Below, in pieces: positions 52,270-63,865 of a stretch of DNA of 64,000 nucleotides (positions within the stretch are counted from its first letter, which is position 1; each line of letters starts with the position of its first letter). The notes under the pieces were generated by a model that saw only the letters and a program-made list of their open reading frames with translations, did no database searches and was not told the origin of the DNA. This DNA is from Antedon mediterranea (lineage: Eukaryota; Animalia; Echinodermata). Position numbers and translations under genes: made by a program. Location: assembly GCF_964355755.1 (NCBI RefSeq), contig NC_092674.1, positions 10,726,001 through 10,790,000 on the forward strand. The letters run 5' to 3'.

Positions 52270-53830
52270 AAATGGATAGCAAACCATATTTTAAAAAAAA
52301 ACCTGAATTATTTCAAACAGACAACACATTAGTTCAAACGGATAGCACAATAGATAGCTCAATCAAATGGATGATATAACTGTACTGTGCATTCTATACG
52401 GATTATCGGGTAGCACGTTCTTTCAAATGGATAGCACATTTTTTCAAATGGATACTGTAGCACATTCTTTCAAATGGATAGCACATTATTTCAAATGGAT
52501 AGCACATTAGGTAGCACAATCAAATGGATATAGTACTGTACATTATTCTATGATTATCGGGTAGCACATTCTTTCAAATGGATAGCACATTAGGCCTATT
52601 TCAAATGGATAGCACATTCTTTCAAATGGATAGCACATTATTTCAAATGGATAGCACATTATTTCAAATGGATAGCACATTATTTCAAATGGATAGCACA
52701 TTGGGTAGCACAATCAAATAGATATAGTACTGTACATTATTCTATAAGGATTATCGGGTAGCACATTATTTCAAATGGATAGCACATTATGTAGCACAAT
52801 CAAATGGATATAGTACTGTACATTATTCTATACGGATTATCGGGTAGCACAGTCTTTCAAATGGATAGCACATTAGGTAGCACAGTCAAATGGATATAGT
52901 ACTGTACATTATTCTATACGGATTATCGGGTAGCACATTCTTTCAAATGGATAGAAAATTATTTCAAATGGATAGCACATTCTTTCAAATGGATAGCACA
53001 TTATTTCAAATGGATAGCACATTATTTCAAATGGATAGCACATTAGGTAGCACAATCAAATGGATGTAATTGTACTGTACATTATTCTATACGGATTATC
53101 GGGTAGCACATTCTTTCAAATAGCACATTATTTCAAATGGATAGCACATTATTTCAAATGGATAGCACATTGGGTAGCACAATCAAATGGATATAGTACT
53201 GTACATTATTCTATAAGGATTATCGGGTAGCACATTATTTCAAATGGATAGCACATTAGGTAGCACAATCAAATGGATATAATTGTACTGTACATTATTC
53301 TATAGCCTACGGATTATCGGGTAGCACATTCTTTCAAATGGATAGCACATTAGGTAGCACAGTCAAATGGATATAGTACTGTAAATTATTCTATAAGGAT
53401 TATCGGGTAGCACATTCTTTCAAATGGATAGCACATTAGGTAGCACAATAAAATGGATATAGTACTGTACATTATTCTATACGGATTATCGGGTAGCACA
53501 TTCTTTCAAATGGATAGCACATTCTTTCAAATGGATAGCACATTGGGTAGCACAATTAAATGGATCATAGTACTGTACTGTACATTATTCTATACGGATT
53601 ATCGGGTAGCACATTCTTTCAAATGGATAGCACATTCTTTCAAATGGATAGCACATTATTTCAAATGGATAGCACATTAGGTAGCACAATCAAATGGATA
53701 TAATTGTACTGTACATTATTCTATACGGATTATCGGGTAGCACATTCTTTCAAATGGATAGCAAATTATTTCAAATGGATAGCATGGATTTGGGTAGCAC
53801 AATCAAATTGAGCACATTGGGTAACGCATT
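52270..53830. repeat. Compound satellite: runs of 20-bp tttcaaatggatagcacatt units alternating with a unit of about 60-65 bp
   Basis: Pattern A(1-4)-B, with B = ggtagcacaatcaaatggatatagtactgtacattattctatacggattatcgggtagcacatt. Lies inside the 51269-54848 element. Confidence 0.95.
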
Positions 53831-53864
53831 GCATCAAATGGAAGCCTACTGTACAGTTATTTTA

Positions 53865-54040
53865 TTGAATTGAATTGAAATATATATTTATACTGGGTAA
53901 CCTCTTCAGTCAAAGACTGGTCTCCCAGGGGGCTCAGTTGGTGATCAGTGGCTGTGATGTACTAATACACCGGGGTAACCCCCCACTCGTCTCGAAAGAT
54001 GTACTACTAGGTTCTTTAAAGTACACACGAGCTAGATGTG
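53865..54040 (-). mobile_element. Deu/Nin-like SINE fragment inside the TIR element
   Basis: (attga)n tail at about 53865, then acaccggggtaacccccactcgtctcgaaagatgtactactaggttctttaaag, similar in layout to the 27178 and 28217 cores. Confidence 0.45.
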
Positions 54041-55423
54041 TATTCTATTATCGGGTGTAGCACATTAAAATTGAGAGGATAAGATGGACATCATAATTTA
54101 TTATTAAGGGGAAAAACAGCAAATCCTTACTGAGGGGACACTCCTATAAAGCGGACATTAAGGGGACGGGGAACATTTAAGCTCAGTGCCAATGTTCACT
54201 CAATATATTTTCCATCACAAAATAACAAAAAAGACGAAATATTTATATCCATTTATTGTTATTAAATAAAAATGGATATCATGATTATTATGATACTTTG
54301 TTTGTCTTGAAAGTTTTCATTGGTGAAACGTTGCCTGCTACATTTTGAATTTCCGAGTCCAGATCAGTATTGGTATTGGTTTTCCGTGATCTATTCTAAC
54401 TAATGAAACAATTTTTAGAAAATGATATATCTGATAGATATCATCTAAGTGATGTTTTACATATAAGTTATAACGTTTAACTTTTCATTCTCCATACATT
54501 CAATTCTTTTAATATAGTTCTTGTATAACACCATATCAAGTAGTAGTAGAAATTGTTGAAGGGTTTTCTTATTATTCAGTCAATTCAGTGTTTCTATACA
54601 AAAAAGAGTAGTCAGTGGCCTTAACATCAATTAATTGTATAATTTGCACCCAAGGTCGAATAGCAAGAAACTCAGGTCCAGTTACATTGGTGTTCATTGG
54701 TCAATAGGAAATGAACAGCACACTTATGGGTGGTGACAAAGTTTAGTTATTGATAAGTTGTCCTTGGGAAAAACACATTAGTTGGGTTGACCATGGGCTG
54801 ACAGAGTTAACGACTTCGTAACGCTATCCGGGGCTCCTGCGCCTAATGGTCCTATATTCAGAATGCTGCAAAATATCTGTCATAAGCACTAACAAAAATT
54901 CTCTGAGCAATCACCTACCATAATCAAGTTGCAGAAACAGATCATATTTATGGGGAATTTTACTCACGTTAAAGATTGTCCGCTTGAAAAATAATTTTGT
55001 TGTTGAATGTAATGAACAAAAAATTGTTTACCTGAAAAAAACTGTAATTTAAAGCAAAGTAAATGGGTTTTTGGTTAAATTTAACTGTTTATTTTTGTTT
55101 TTTATATGTGAAAACATTATTTCAACATTAAACTGATTTTATTACAACTGTGAAATGGCATATTCAAAGTTTTTAATAATCTTCATTTTTTCATATTTAA
55201 TTTTAAGGATGCCTTATATTTATATTACAAACTAAGTCTTTGTTGTTGAGGGTAAATTATAAATTATGGGAATATTTTCCACATACTAAACAATTATGCG
55301 AACTTGGAAAGAGACAAGAGGATGACACAAACAATTTCAGGAAATTCTCATGATTATCGGGTAACTTGGGAGGTCTATCTACTTTTGTAACAAGAAAACA
55401 ATGAATTTTTAGTTGTTTTTTAT

Positions 55424-55960
55424 ACTAGATGGTACGCTCGCTTCGCTCGCGTACCATCTAGGTCGTGCCCACAGATGGTTCTCGAATACATAATAATTTC
55501 AGCGTTAAAAAACTGGCGATTTCAAATATACGTACCGCAGGACAATAATACATGTCGTTTACAGCCTACAGGAACGAATAAATAGACACTGTGATTTATG
55601 TACTCAACTAAAATTAGCACCATGGGAATTACTTCCGAAAGAGAAACTTGTCACAAAATGAGACCAATTGTTTAAGTCAAATTTAAACAAACTTAATTTG
55701 TGTTTTGTATGTAACATTAGGGTTGAGGGATGGGGAAGAGGATGGGTGCAAAGAGGAACAATTTTTAAATATATTCTTTATCCATTTAGTAACGAAATAT
55801 TAATTGAACTTATTCAACCTTATGTTCCTAAGCGGTCTCTGAGATCTAGATCCGAGTCTCTTCTTGCCCATTTTATATTCGGTAATCAAAAAATATAGTG
55901 CAGGATGACACATAAAACCGAAACGCCTAATTTCCAATGAGTCCTATTAGCAATTATATT
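55424..55960 (-). mobile_element. Helitron-like non-autonomous element (far boundary approximate)
   Basis: Terminal actag within the hairpin ctagatggtacgc-tcgcttcgctc-gcgtaccatctag (55425-55461). Confidence 0.4.
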
Positions 55961-57535
55961 TTTTTTTTAAACATACATAAATTATAAACTAATTATTACA
56001 ATATTATTACATAATTTTCAAGAAAGGATTTATTCATGCTGACAAATTGCTGTGAATTGAAATCTCCACAGTACCTACAAAATCTGTATTAAAGATGATA
56101 ATTGGAAGTTTGTTGTCTCTCTATGTTCCCTAGATCCAAAATCACAAAAAAAAATCAATATTTAAGGAGTTTATTATTATTTTGACATTCTATTCATGCA
56201 ATCAATTCACTTTCCTCTTGTAATGTAATTTCTCTTCGTTTCACACTTCATATTTTTTTCATCATGACAGCACTGTAATTGGAAAATATTTTCACAACTT
56301 TGTAGAAATCCGAAATGATTACTTCGTAGGTCAGAATAGTGATGTGCATGTTGCTCATGATTCTTATTCTAAGATACTTGATTTTAATTAATCCCTCATT
56401 AAATTATTCATTTTGAAATATTAAGCAATAAAGATTAATAAATTATAGGATGTTCTTTTTAGGGTTTTGTAAGATCAATTAAAGTTTACACATATGTGAT
56501 TTTTATTTTGTGACAACCACAACCTAAGACTCCTTAAAGACACAGGTAATCTAATGGCCTGTTGAAACTTTTTAGTAAAATTTTAGTCCTGCATCGCTCT
56601 GCATTGAATTTCAAGTCAACTTTCCATTTAATTTCTGAGCATAGAGTGTTTAGACATTGCTGCCTATCAGAAAATGAGAGGAATACAGTTGGTTTTTTCT
56701 TGTAAGATTTTCCGTCACAACAAAGGCAATAAACTTCTACAAACGTCAACATTACTTTTTGGTGGCTCTGGGCAGGTGATTCTGCAAGCCCTGCTGCCTA
56801 TGTTTCTGTATACAGGGCTACTGCACTTAAACTGCTTTTATATATGTTAATAGAAATGTGGAACAGATGCAAATTAGCAGATAGAATGGAAAAATAACGT
56901 CTATTGTATTTTACAAATACCTTACAACAAACAAAGAATTAGAAAATAACATGTTCTATTGACTTTAATACCTCAAAGTCATTTGCAACAAGTCAATGAT
57001 TGTCAAACGACGACGTGAGAATGATGAATAGGTAGCGATGAATTGAATTATTCATAGCCACTAAATTGCCACCATTAATTGTACCGATATCGGAAAAATT
57101 GATTCGGCTTAGTTGCCTCGGTAACTGAAAACAGTTTGATTTACAAAAATTGAGATTGACGTTTGAAATGGAGATTTTTATGGTTACAGTGTTTAAATGT
57201 TTGTACAGAGTAATTTGACCAAATCGCTAAATCAACGCAACATTATGATAACCTGTACACGTGAAGTCAACTGAGAAAACAATTACCACAACGACGTAAT
57301 ATTGGTTTTGTTCGCTTGTTCAGCTGGAGTTTTAGATGAGTCACTCACTTTGAAGACATATTGGACGGACTGCAGCTGGAACATCAAAAATTAATAGGTG
57401 GTTATGCTCTCATACCGTAACCAAATTGTCATAAACAACTTCCTTTGATAAATGAGCATGTTTTTTTAATTGTTACGTAAATGCCATAAAGTATATATTT
57501 CTTGCCAATTTTTGCAATTTAAATATTTGATTTGC

Positions 57536-57886
57536 AGACACTTTCCTTACATTTTTTTTTATCTAATTTGAGGTCACAAATTACATTTTATGTAAAATCT
57601 ATTACTTTATACGGTTACAAATGAGAAGATAAAGTCAATTCTAATAATTTAAGCGGCCGCTATAAATACTAGTATGCATCGTGCGCTGATTGATATTTTC
57701 GTTTTGCTTTTGTGATGCACCCACTTTTGATCGATCGTGAAGAGAAAACAAGTGTAAGAACCATAATTTTTCAGCAAAAAAAAGAATGACAATTAATTCA
57801 GCAACAAGACAACAACAGGCTAGGCCTATAGCTAGCGTAATATTTGCATGTTACCTCTGTTTATCAGCTGGGCCTACAAAACTAAG
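57536..57886. mobile_element. Old diverged left part of the 30555-type Kolobok-like family
   Basis: atctaatttgaggtcacaaa, ctaataatttaagcggccgctataaat, gatcgatcgtgaag and ggcctacaaaactaag occur in the same order as in 30555-31000. Confidence 0.7.
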
Positions 57887-59229
57887 GAAGAACATATATT
57901 GTAGAAATAAGACTTTATAAGTACATCACTCACAGAAAACATTGGAATATACATATCCACAATAAATTATTTAATCAGTTATGATTAGGGAATCTGAAAT
58001 TATATATCTAACCAATATCTATCTATCAACCTTTCAGACTATGCTTAATTCCACAAAATATATTTGTCTGGATGTTTAAACGAATTTGACACGACAAAAT
58101 GATACATTAAGGTGTTATTATGTAAAGGATTTTGTTGGAAGGATATTTAGGCCAAGTAAATTATAAATGGTAACAAGATACATAAATTTAACTAGATACA
58201 GTTTACTATGATGCATAGAAATCAATATACAGTCTGACGTTTGCAAAGCTTCCTCGCAATGTGCATATTTGTCACGCATAGCATAGCAGTAGGTGTCGAC
58301 TCACGCACATGGGTGAAATTTCTACGGTATTGTCGTATTTCTATTATGATTTATGTAATTCAGGTCACCTGTGTTCGGAGACGGTAGGAGATCGACCTGT
58401 GACTCACAGTTTTGATAGTTGTTGTAGATGAGTGTGAGCGCATCAAATACAAATATTTATTTCAAAAATAGTTAAAAAACAGTATAAGTTTAACCCCCTC
58501 CTTTGGGACACTCATATTTAGAGGATATTCCTATCCTGGACACCTTTCAGTGAATCGAACAATATACGCTTAAACACTGTTTAACCTCTAATTCAAGGAC
58601 ACCCATATAAGGGGATCACTTTGTTTCTTGAGGTGTCCACTTTTACTGTACTCATTTTTTAGTAAAATAGACAGGAAAAAAGCAGAAAAAGCTACGGCAA
58701 TATTTCTAAAAATCTAATTTAAAATTTAATTTAACAGATGTGGTATAATTTGTTCTAGTTTTCAGAGAATATGGGAAATTTGACTGTATATCTCTATCAT
58801 CTATGCTTACTCTTGAACCCCGCAAGGAATCTTGTTATTGCCTATATAGGAAGTTGACAATAAATACTATGGTTTACAGCAAATAACATCAACAAATTAC
58901 TATGAAAATTCAACAAAACCGATTTTCATGACAACATATTATACTCTAGTGACACAATAACTTATTTCCAACATATTACATGTGATATGTGCCACATACG
59001 CTATCATTTTCCGATTGATCATCTCCTATGAAATCTCGTATCATCAATTTAGCGTGTCAAAAAAAGTTGCTAAAAACACCGTAAGACATCATTAACTCCT
59101 TAAGCGAAGATTTAATTTTGATTCTGTTAGACTTCCTGTCATATCTAATCAATGTAAACTACCTGTAGTAGGAAAGGTAAACACCTGTAAATTGCTACTA
59201 CTGTACAACTTTTTATTTTACAGTACTAA

Positions 59230-59900
59230 GGGTATGTTCAGACTCACAGAGTTACGGTGGAGTTATGTAAGCGGCGTACATATTTTTGTGTCTGAACCAT
59301 GCCGCGGATTAGCGTTTGGAAGCTGCTACTCCGCACCAGTGTCGTTAATAACTCTAGCGGGAGAGGGTAGATTTCATAACACTAAACCAGTGATGCATCA
59401 GTGATTTTAACCTTAACCAGTGAAAATACACGACCACGATTAGCAGACAACAACTACATACACGTACCCTATGATACGACAGCGAAATTGTTATGTCAAA
59501 TGTATTTTCAGGTTTAGGTTTTTACGACCAGTAAAGTTGGCGTCAGTAATACGATATATTCATAAAATAAATCAATTAATCAGATAATTGTCCGTGTAAC
59601 AATTACGTTTTAAATTATTTTGAATTAAAATGCAATTCTACAAGTAGTAAGAACAAATCAGTATATTTGAAGGTAAACATTATATAAATAAAAATTAAAA
59701 AAAAAAACCAATGTAAACGATGTAAACTTTCATGCATTGTCATGAATGTATACATATAGTTCTATCTGCTTTGACCTGATCAGAGTGTTTTAAACGCAAG
59801 GCATTGGAATGTTGATCGTTGTGTCTGAACACCTTGGCGCGGATTACCGTACACCTTGCGTAGATAACTCCACCGTAACTCTGTGAGTCTGAACATACCC
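59230..59900. mobile_element. PIF/Harbinger MITE (671 bp)
   Basis: Perfect 37-bp TIR gggtatgttcagactcacagagttacggtggagttat with TAA TSD (59227-59229, 59901-59903). Confidence 0.9.
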
Positions 59901-60715
59901 TAAGAATATAGAAATGACTACATAGAATTTGTTTTTGTTTTTGTGGTTTTACATAGCGGTCGACTTTACCGGTACATCATCTCTTCTTATTTTATTTAAT
60001 AGTGCCAAGTCCTGTAGTGCTGATAATACTTAGATGTGAAATGCTTGCTACATAATCACGTAAACAGTTGCTTTTATTTCTTTCTTTGTAACTAAACAAA
60101 ATGTGGTTACTGCAAGAAGTGTTTCAAAATCATTTTATATTGTAACATTTCAACTACCAACATTCACGAGGTAATTTACCAAGCCGATCTAACAACACTT
60201 ACTATACATTTTCATTAATTACATATTCTTTTTCTAGAATATCCCTGTCCCTGTATGGCCGTGATAATATGCAATAAACATTTGAATACATGTTGTTAGT
60301 AATAACTCCTTACGGAATTAACGATCAATATTAAGGAATGCATGAATCTTGTTTAATTGAAATTTAATTGAATCACTTATAGTTGATTGTTGTAAAAAGC
60401 ATTTTCTATATAAGCTATTGATTTAAGATGGTGAAACATATTATATTTGATATACTATAGATTGGGGGGGGGGGGGCTAGTTCCAAACATAAAAGGTCTA
60501 GATCTCCAGTTTCTAATCAATGGGCCTGTTTCTAATAACTAAGAAAATACATTTTTTTTTTTTAAACCACAAAAAAAGAACCAATATTCAATGGTTTTAA
60601 AAACCCCCATTGATTAAAAAATGTTGATGTCTATTTTGGTATAGTGAATTTCATTTTAGTGTCTTTTAAATCAATTTTTGAAATTAGGACTATTATCCGG
60701 AACTGTTTTAGATCA

Positions 60716-60899
60716 TGTCGACACGGAACTCAACTGAAAGGAACTAGATGTGCGAGCGATTATGTATATGGGTAACTGAAAAAAACTTATATCAACATTT
60801 TTTTGTGCGCCTGTCGGTTGCGATCAGTAATTGAGGTAAGTTGCGTTCAGTTGCTTGAGCGCTTATGTTGACAAAGTTAAGTTGAGTTCTGTGTCGACA
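60716..60899. mobile_element. Short MITE
   Basis: tgtcgacacggaactcaact / agttgagttctgtgtcgaca, 20-bp TIR with one mismatch. TSD unclear. Confidence 0.6.
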
Positions 60900-62164
60900 C
60901 CTTTAGGCTTGAAAGAAAAATTGTTAAAAATTGTTAAAATGGAATTTCCCTGACATATAGGTAATTTATAATATTTTGAGCATCACACAGTAGAAAAGAT
61001 TTAATGGAAATGATGTCTATAATGAAAGATAGATGTATTGTGTTTTATAACAATATTGCTCAAACGGATACCTTTCACAATGGCTAATTTTAAAATAAAT
61101 ATTCATAAATCTTGTGATAATGAGAAGCGTTATGAATACAACCTAAATATTATCTAAAGTTTATAGCTGCTACAGTAGATAGACAAACATCATAATAGTA
61201 AGTGTGAAAAATACAAGTACAGTATCAACAACCTATTAAAAGCCACTGAAAACATCATTTCTAGTATCCAAGTAATGCCACTATTCTAGAGTAGGTAGGT
61301 TCTGTATATGTAAATTAGCAAGATGTCTTGTCAAAATTCTGACATAATTGTATTGATAACACTTGAGACAAGATCTCAGATAGGACCTACCAATTATGTC
61401 TACAAGGTTTCAGTACTAATGAGTTAACAAGTACTGCACCAACTCACTTACCAAATTTTACTAAATGGCAAAATGTAACTCTAACTGACTCTAACATAAT
61501 AGTACAAAATGATCTGTAAATTTGAAAACAAATTGATCAAATTCTTCTTAAGTGGGAGTTGAACATAAGACCTCTAATCACACACCATCTCATGAGTATT
61601 CTCAAATAGTCAGAGTTTGGGAAAAATATTCTTTTTAATTTTTTACCTACCAATTAAATTTTAAAATGTTTTAAATTATCACCAGGCTATTTCTCACAAT
61701 ACCTTCTATATGACTAGCAGATTAGTAATGCACTTTATTTTCACAAGATGGATTACATACAGTATTCAATGTAAATTATGTTTGATATCTTTGAATATTG
61801 TGATTTATTATTCAAAATGTTAATGCTATATCTCATTCCTTATCATACATTACATTTGCATCTGTCTAAACATTTTTATTCTGAGATAGCCAACTATGTA
61901 TGTGATAGAAATAAAATAAATACAACACTTGTTGTGATGATGACTCATTTGCACTGGAAATTATTTGGGCTGGTCTGGATGAAAATAAAAAGTCCACTGC
62001 AAACACTTTTTGCAACTTCTCATCTTATCTTGGCTGCACGATTAGTTTTACCGAGTGAAAATCAGTCGGCAAGAATGACCAAACTAGTTTTATTGTTAAG
62101 ACAGTACAATACAAACAGCATATATGTTGGTTAAACCAGGGAGTTGTTATTAGACTAGTTAAAC

Positions 62165-62199
62165 CATGGAGGTATAAAAATTATATATATACCTCCATG
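62165..62199. mobile_element. 35-bp P-element-like TIR pair (probable excision footprint)
   Basis: GTTAAAC|catggaggtataaaaattatatatatacctccatg|GTTAAAC, a perfect 7-bp TSD. Confidence 0.75.
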
Positions 62200-62520
62200 G
62201 TTAAACTTACAGGAAATGGAGTTCATTTCACATTGTTAAGTTTGAAAGTTGTCTCTAAGGTAAAAGTATCAATTAATCCAAGTAACAACCGTGAGAGTGA
62301 AGTGAACCACAGTGTGAATAAGACTTTAAAGTAAAATTAGTACTGGTTTTCCACTGACAGAAAGAAAAATTGGAAAGACAAAATGAACTTATGAAACTGG
62401 TAAGTTTTAAGGAAAATAGATCTTAAATTTAGCTTCAACAACTGTTTTTCCTTGGACAGCTCCACATTAAATAATAAAAGCAAGGTTTTTGGGCTAGCAT
62501 TTGTTGCCAACTAAACTTAC

Positions 62521-62712
62521 CTCTCCAGGAAATGCTTTTCCATTGACAAGGTGCTCTGATCCACGCTGGCTGGTGTTTCCAAAGTGTAACCGGATTGTAG
62601 TAAGAGTGTAGCTATAATCAAGAGGTCCTCCAAAAACTCTGAACTTTCTGTTGCTATTCGTATCAGTTTCAAACTGCAAATGGTGGCCAGTATTCTTTAT
62701 TTTACCACTCAA
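62521..62712 (-). CDS. CA10: CA10-like coding exon (64 codons, LSGKIKNTGHH...RLHFG...GSEHLVNGKAFPGE)
   Basis: Minus strand: acceptor ttctttgcag|TTGAGT, donor GGAGAG|gtaagt. 192 nt, phase 0/0. Contains alpha-CA motifs NTGH, GGPL, RLHFG and GSEH. Confidence 0.95.
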
Positions 62713-62749
62713 CTGCAAAGAAGGCAAAGAAGCAATGTAATAATATTAA

Positions 62750-62960
62750 AGATGTATTGTCCATGTAAAAAATACTTCTTTAACAATTTGTTGTTGAATA
62801 TGCCATTTTAATGTCACATTTAAATATAGTTATCCACTTTGAAAAAAAATTGAATCAAAAAAAAAATAAATTACCTGAATTTTTTTTTTTTTATTTAAAG
62901 CAAACAAAATAGTCAAATTTGCTGCCTGCCAATGGGTTTTTGGCTGAATTCAACCTATAT
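62750..62960. mobile_element. Partial Kolobok-like MITE (21127 family)
   Basis: TTAA|agatgtattgtcc, then tagttatccacttt, aaaatagtcaaatttgctgcc and ttggctgaatttcaacc-like motifs shared with the 21127 and 63532 copies. Confidence 0.6.
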
Positions 62961-63531
62961 AATTGTGTGCAATGCATATTTTTTTATTAATATATATCTT
63001 TATAAAATAATTATAGGTTTATCCATTTTCCTGTTTTGTAAACTTTTCTCATTTATTGTGTATGTATTGTTCGATTTATAAATGTTTGACGGCCTAATGC
63101 ATAAGCTTTGGCTGTTTTGAGTCATCCTCATTAAACAAAGTTTTCTTTAACTTTCAAAATAAACAAAATTTCTTTTTATTAATATTTTTTTTATTCTATA
63201 CTTTAAGATCTGGCACTCAGTTTAAAGTAGAAGTAAATAAACCATGGACTGTATATTGTTGATGAGCATAAAAATAAGAACATCTATCTGTATTCAAAAT
63301 ACACAATCTAAAAAACCATTTACAATTTATATGGTCTCTTATAAAATCAAAACTGATTAACCTAGAATTATATGATATTTATTCAAATAAATATTGAACA
63401 CTGCCTGGGGGAATAAAAACCGACTAGACTATTCTGTAAAAAATAATTGAAAACCAGTAGAAATATTAGCTAACAATGAAGTAAAATATTGTATTTTGAT
63501 TTCAGTACAATATCCAAATATAATTGTTTAA

Positions 63532-63865
63532 AGATCTATTGTCCCCCTGAGAAAATAATTAGTTTTTTGTTGAATATTCCATTTATAGTTATTCACTTTG
63601 ATCAAAAATTGGATTGAAAAAAAAATGATATACCTTAAAAAACTGTAATTGAAAGCAAAAAATAGTCAAATTTGCTGCCAGGCAATTGTTTCTTTTGGTT
63701 GGATTTAACTATTTTTATTGTCATTTTACAAGTATAGTAAAAAAAAAACATTTTTTTCTACAGAAGTGATTAACTTTGTTAAAACTATACCATGTCCTAT
63801 TCAAGGTCTGATTTTATTAATATTCATTTTTCATGTTTTTTAGGGAAAAAACATGTTTTCATTAA
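63532..63865. mobile_element. Kolobok-like MITE (21127 family), right end degenerate
   Basis: TTAA|agatctattgtccccctga...gaagtgattaacttt...ttttattaatattcatttt, colinear with 21127-21360. Confidence 0.6.

Larger units (their letters stand above)
51269..54848. mobile_element. About 3.6-kb non-autonomous TIR element, superfamily unresolved
   Basis: Perfect 32-bp inverted repeat cattaggcgcaggagccccggatagcgttacg (51269-51300) / cgtaacgctatccggggctcctgcgcctaatg (54817-54848). No transposase ORF. Confidence 0.85.
6966..62712 (-). other. CA10: Partial multi-exon gene model: carbonic anhydrase-related protein (CA10/CA11-like); four internal exons in window
   Basis: Exons of 192, 93, 73 and 155 nt join in frame with intron phases 0,0,1 and end in phase 0. 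The joined peptide LSGKIKNTGHH...IRLHFG...GSEH...FPGE|VQL...PNGLAVISIF..|...|...[25 protein letters not shown] is a continuous alpha-CA domain. IRLHFG and EVQL are CA10/11 signatures. Orthology to CA10 versus CA11 cannot be resolved here. Confidence 0.9.

Noticed and set aside
52270-53830. Repeat-spacer-like alternation resembling CRISPR
   Set aside because: The longer units are copies of each other rather than unique spacers.
61778-62134. 118-aa ORF antisense to the gene
   Set aside because: No recognisable domain or splice structure, and the length is within chance expectation.
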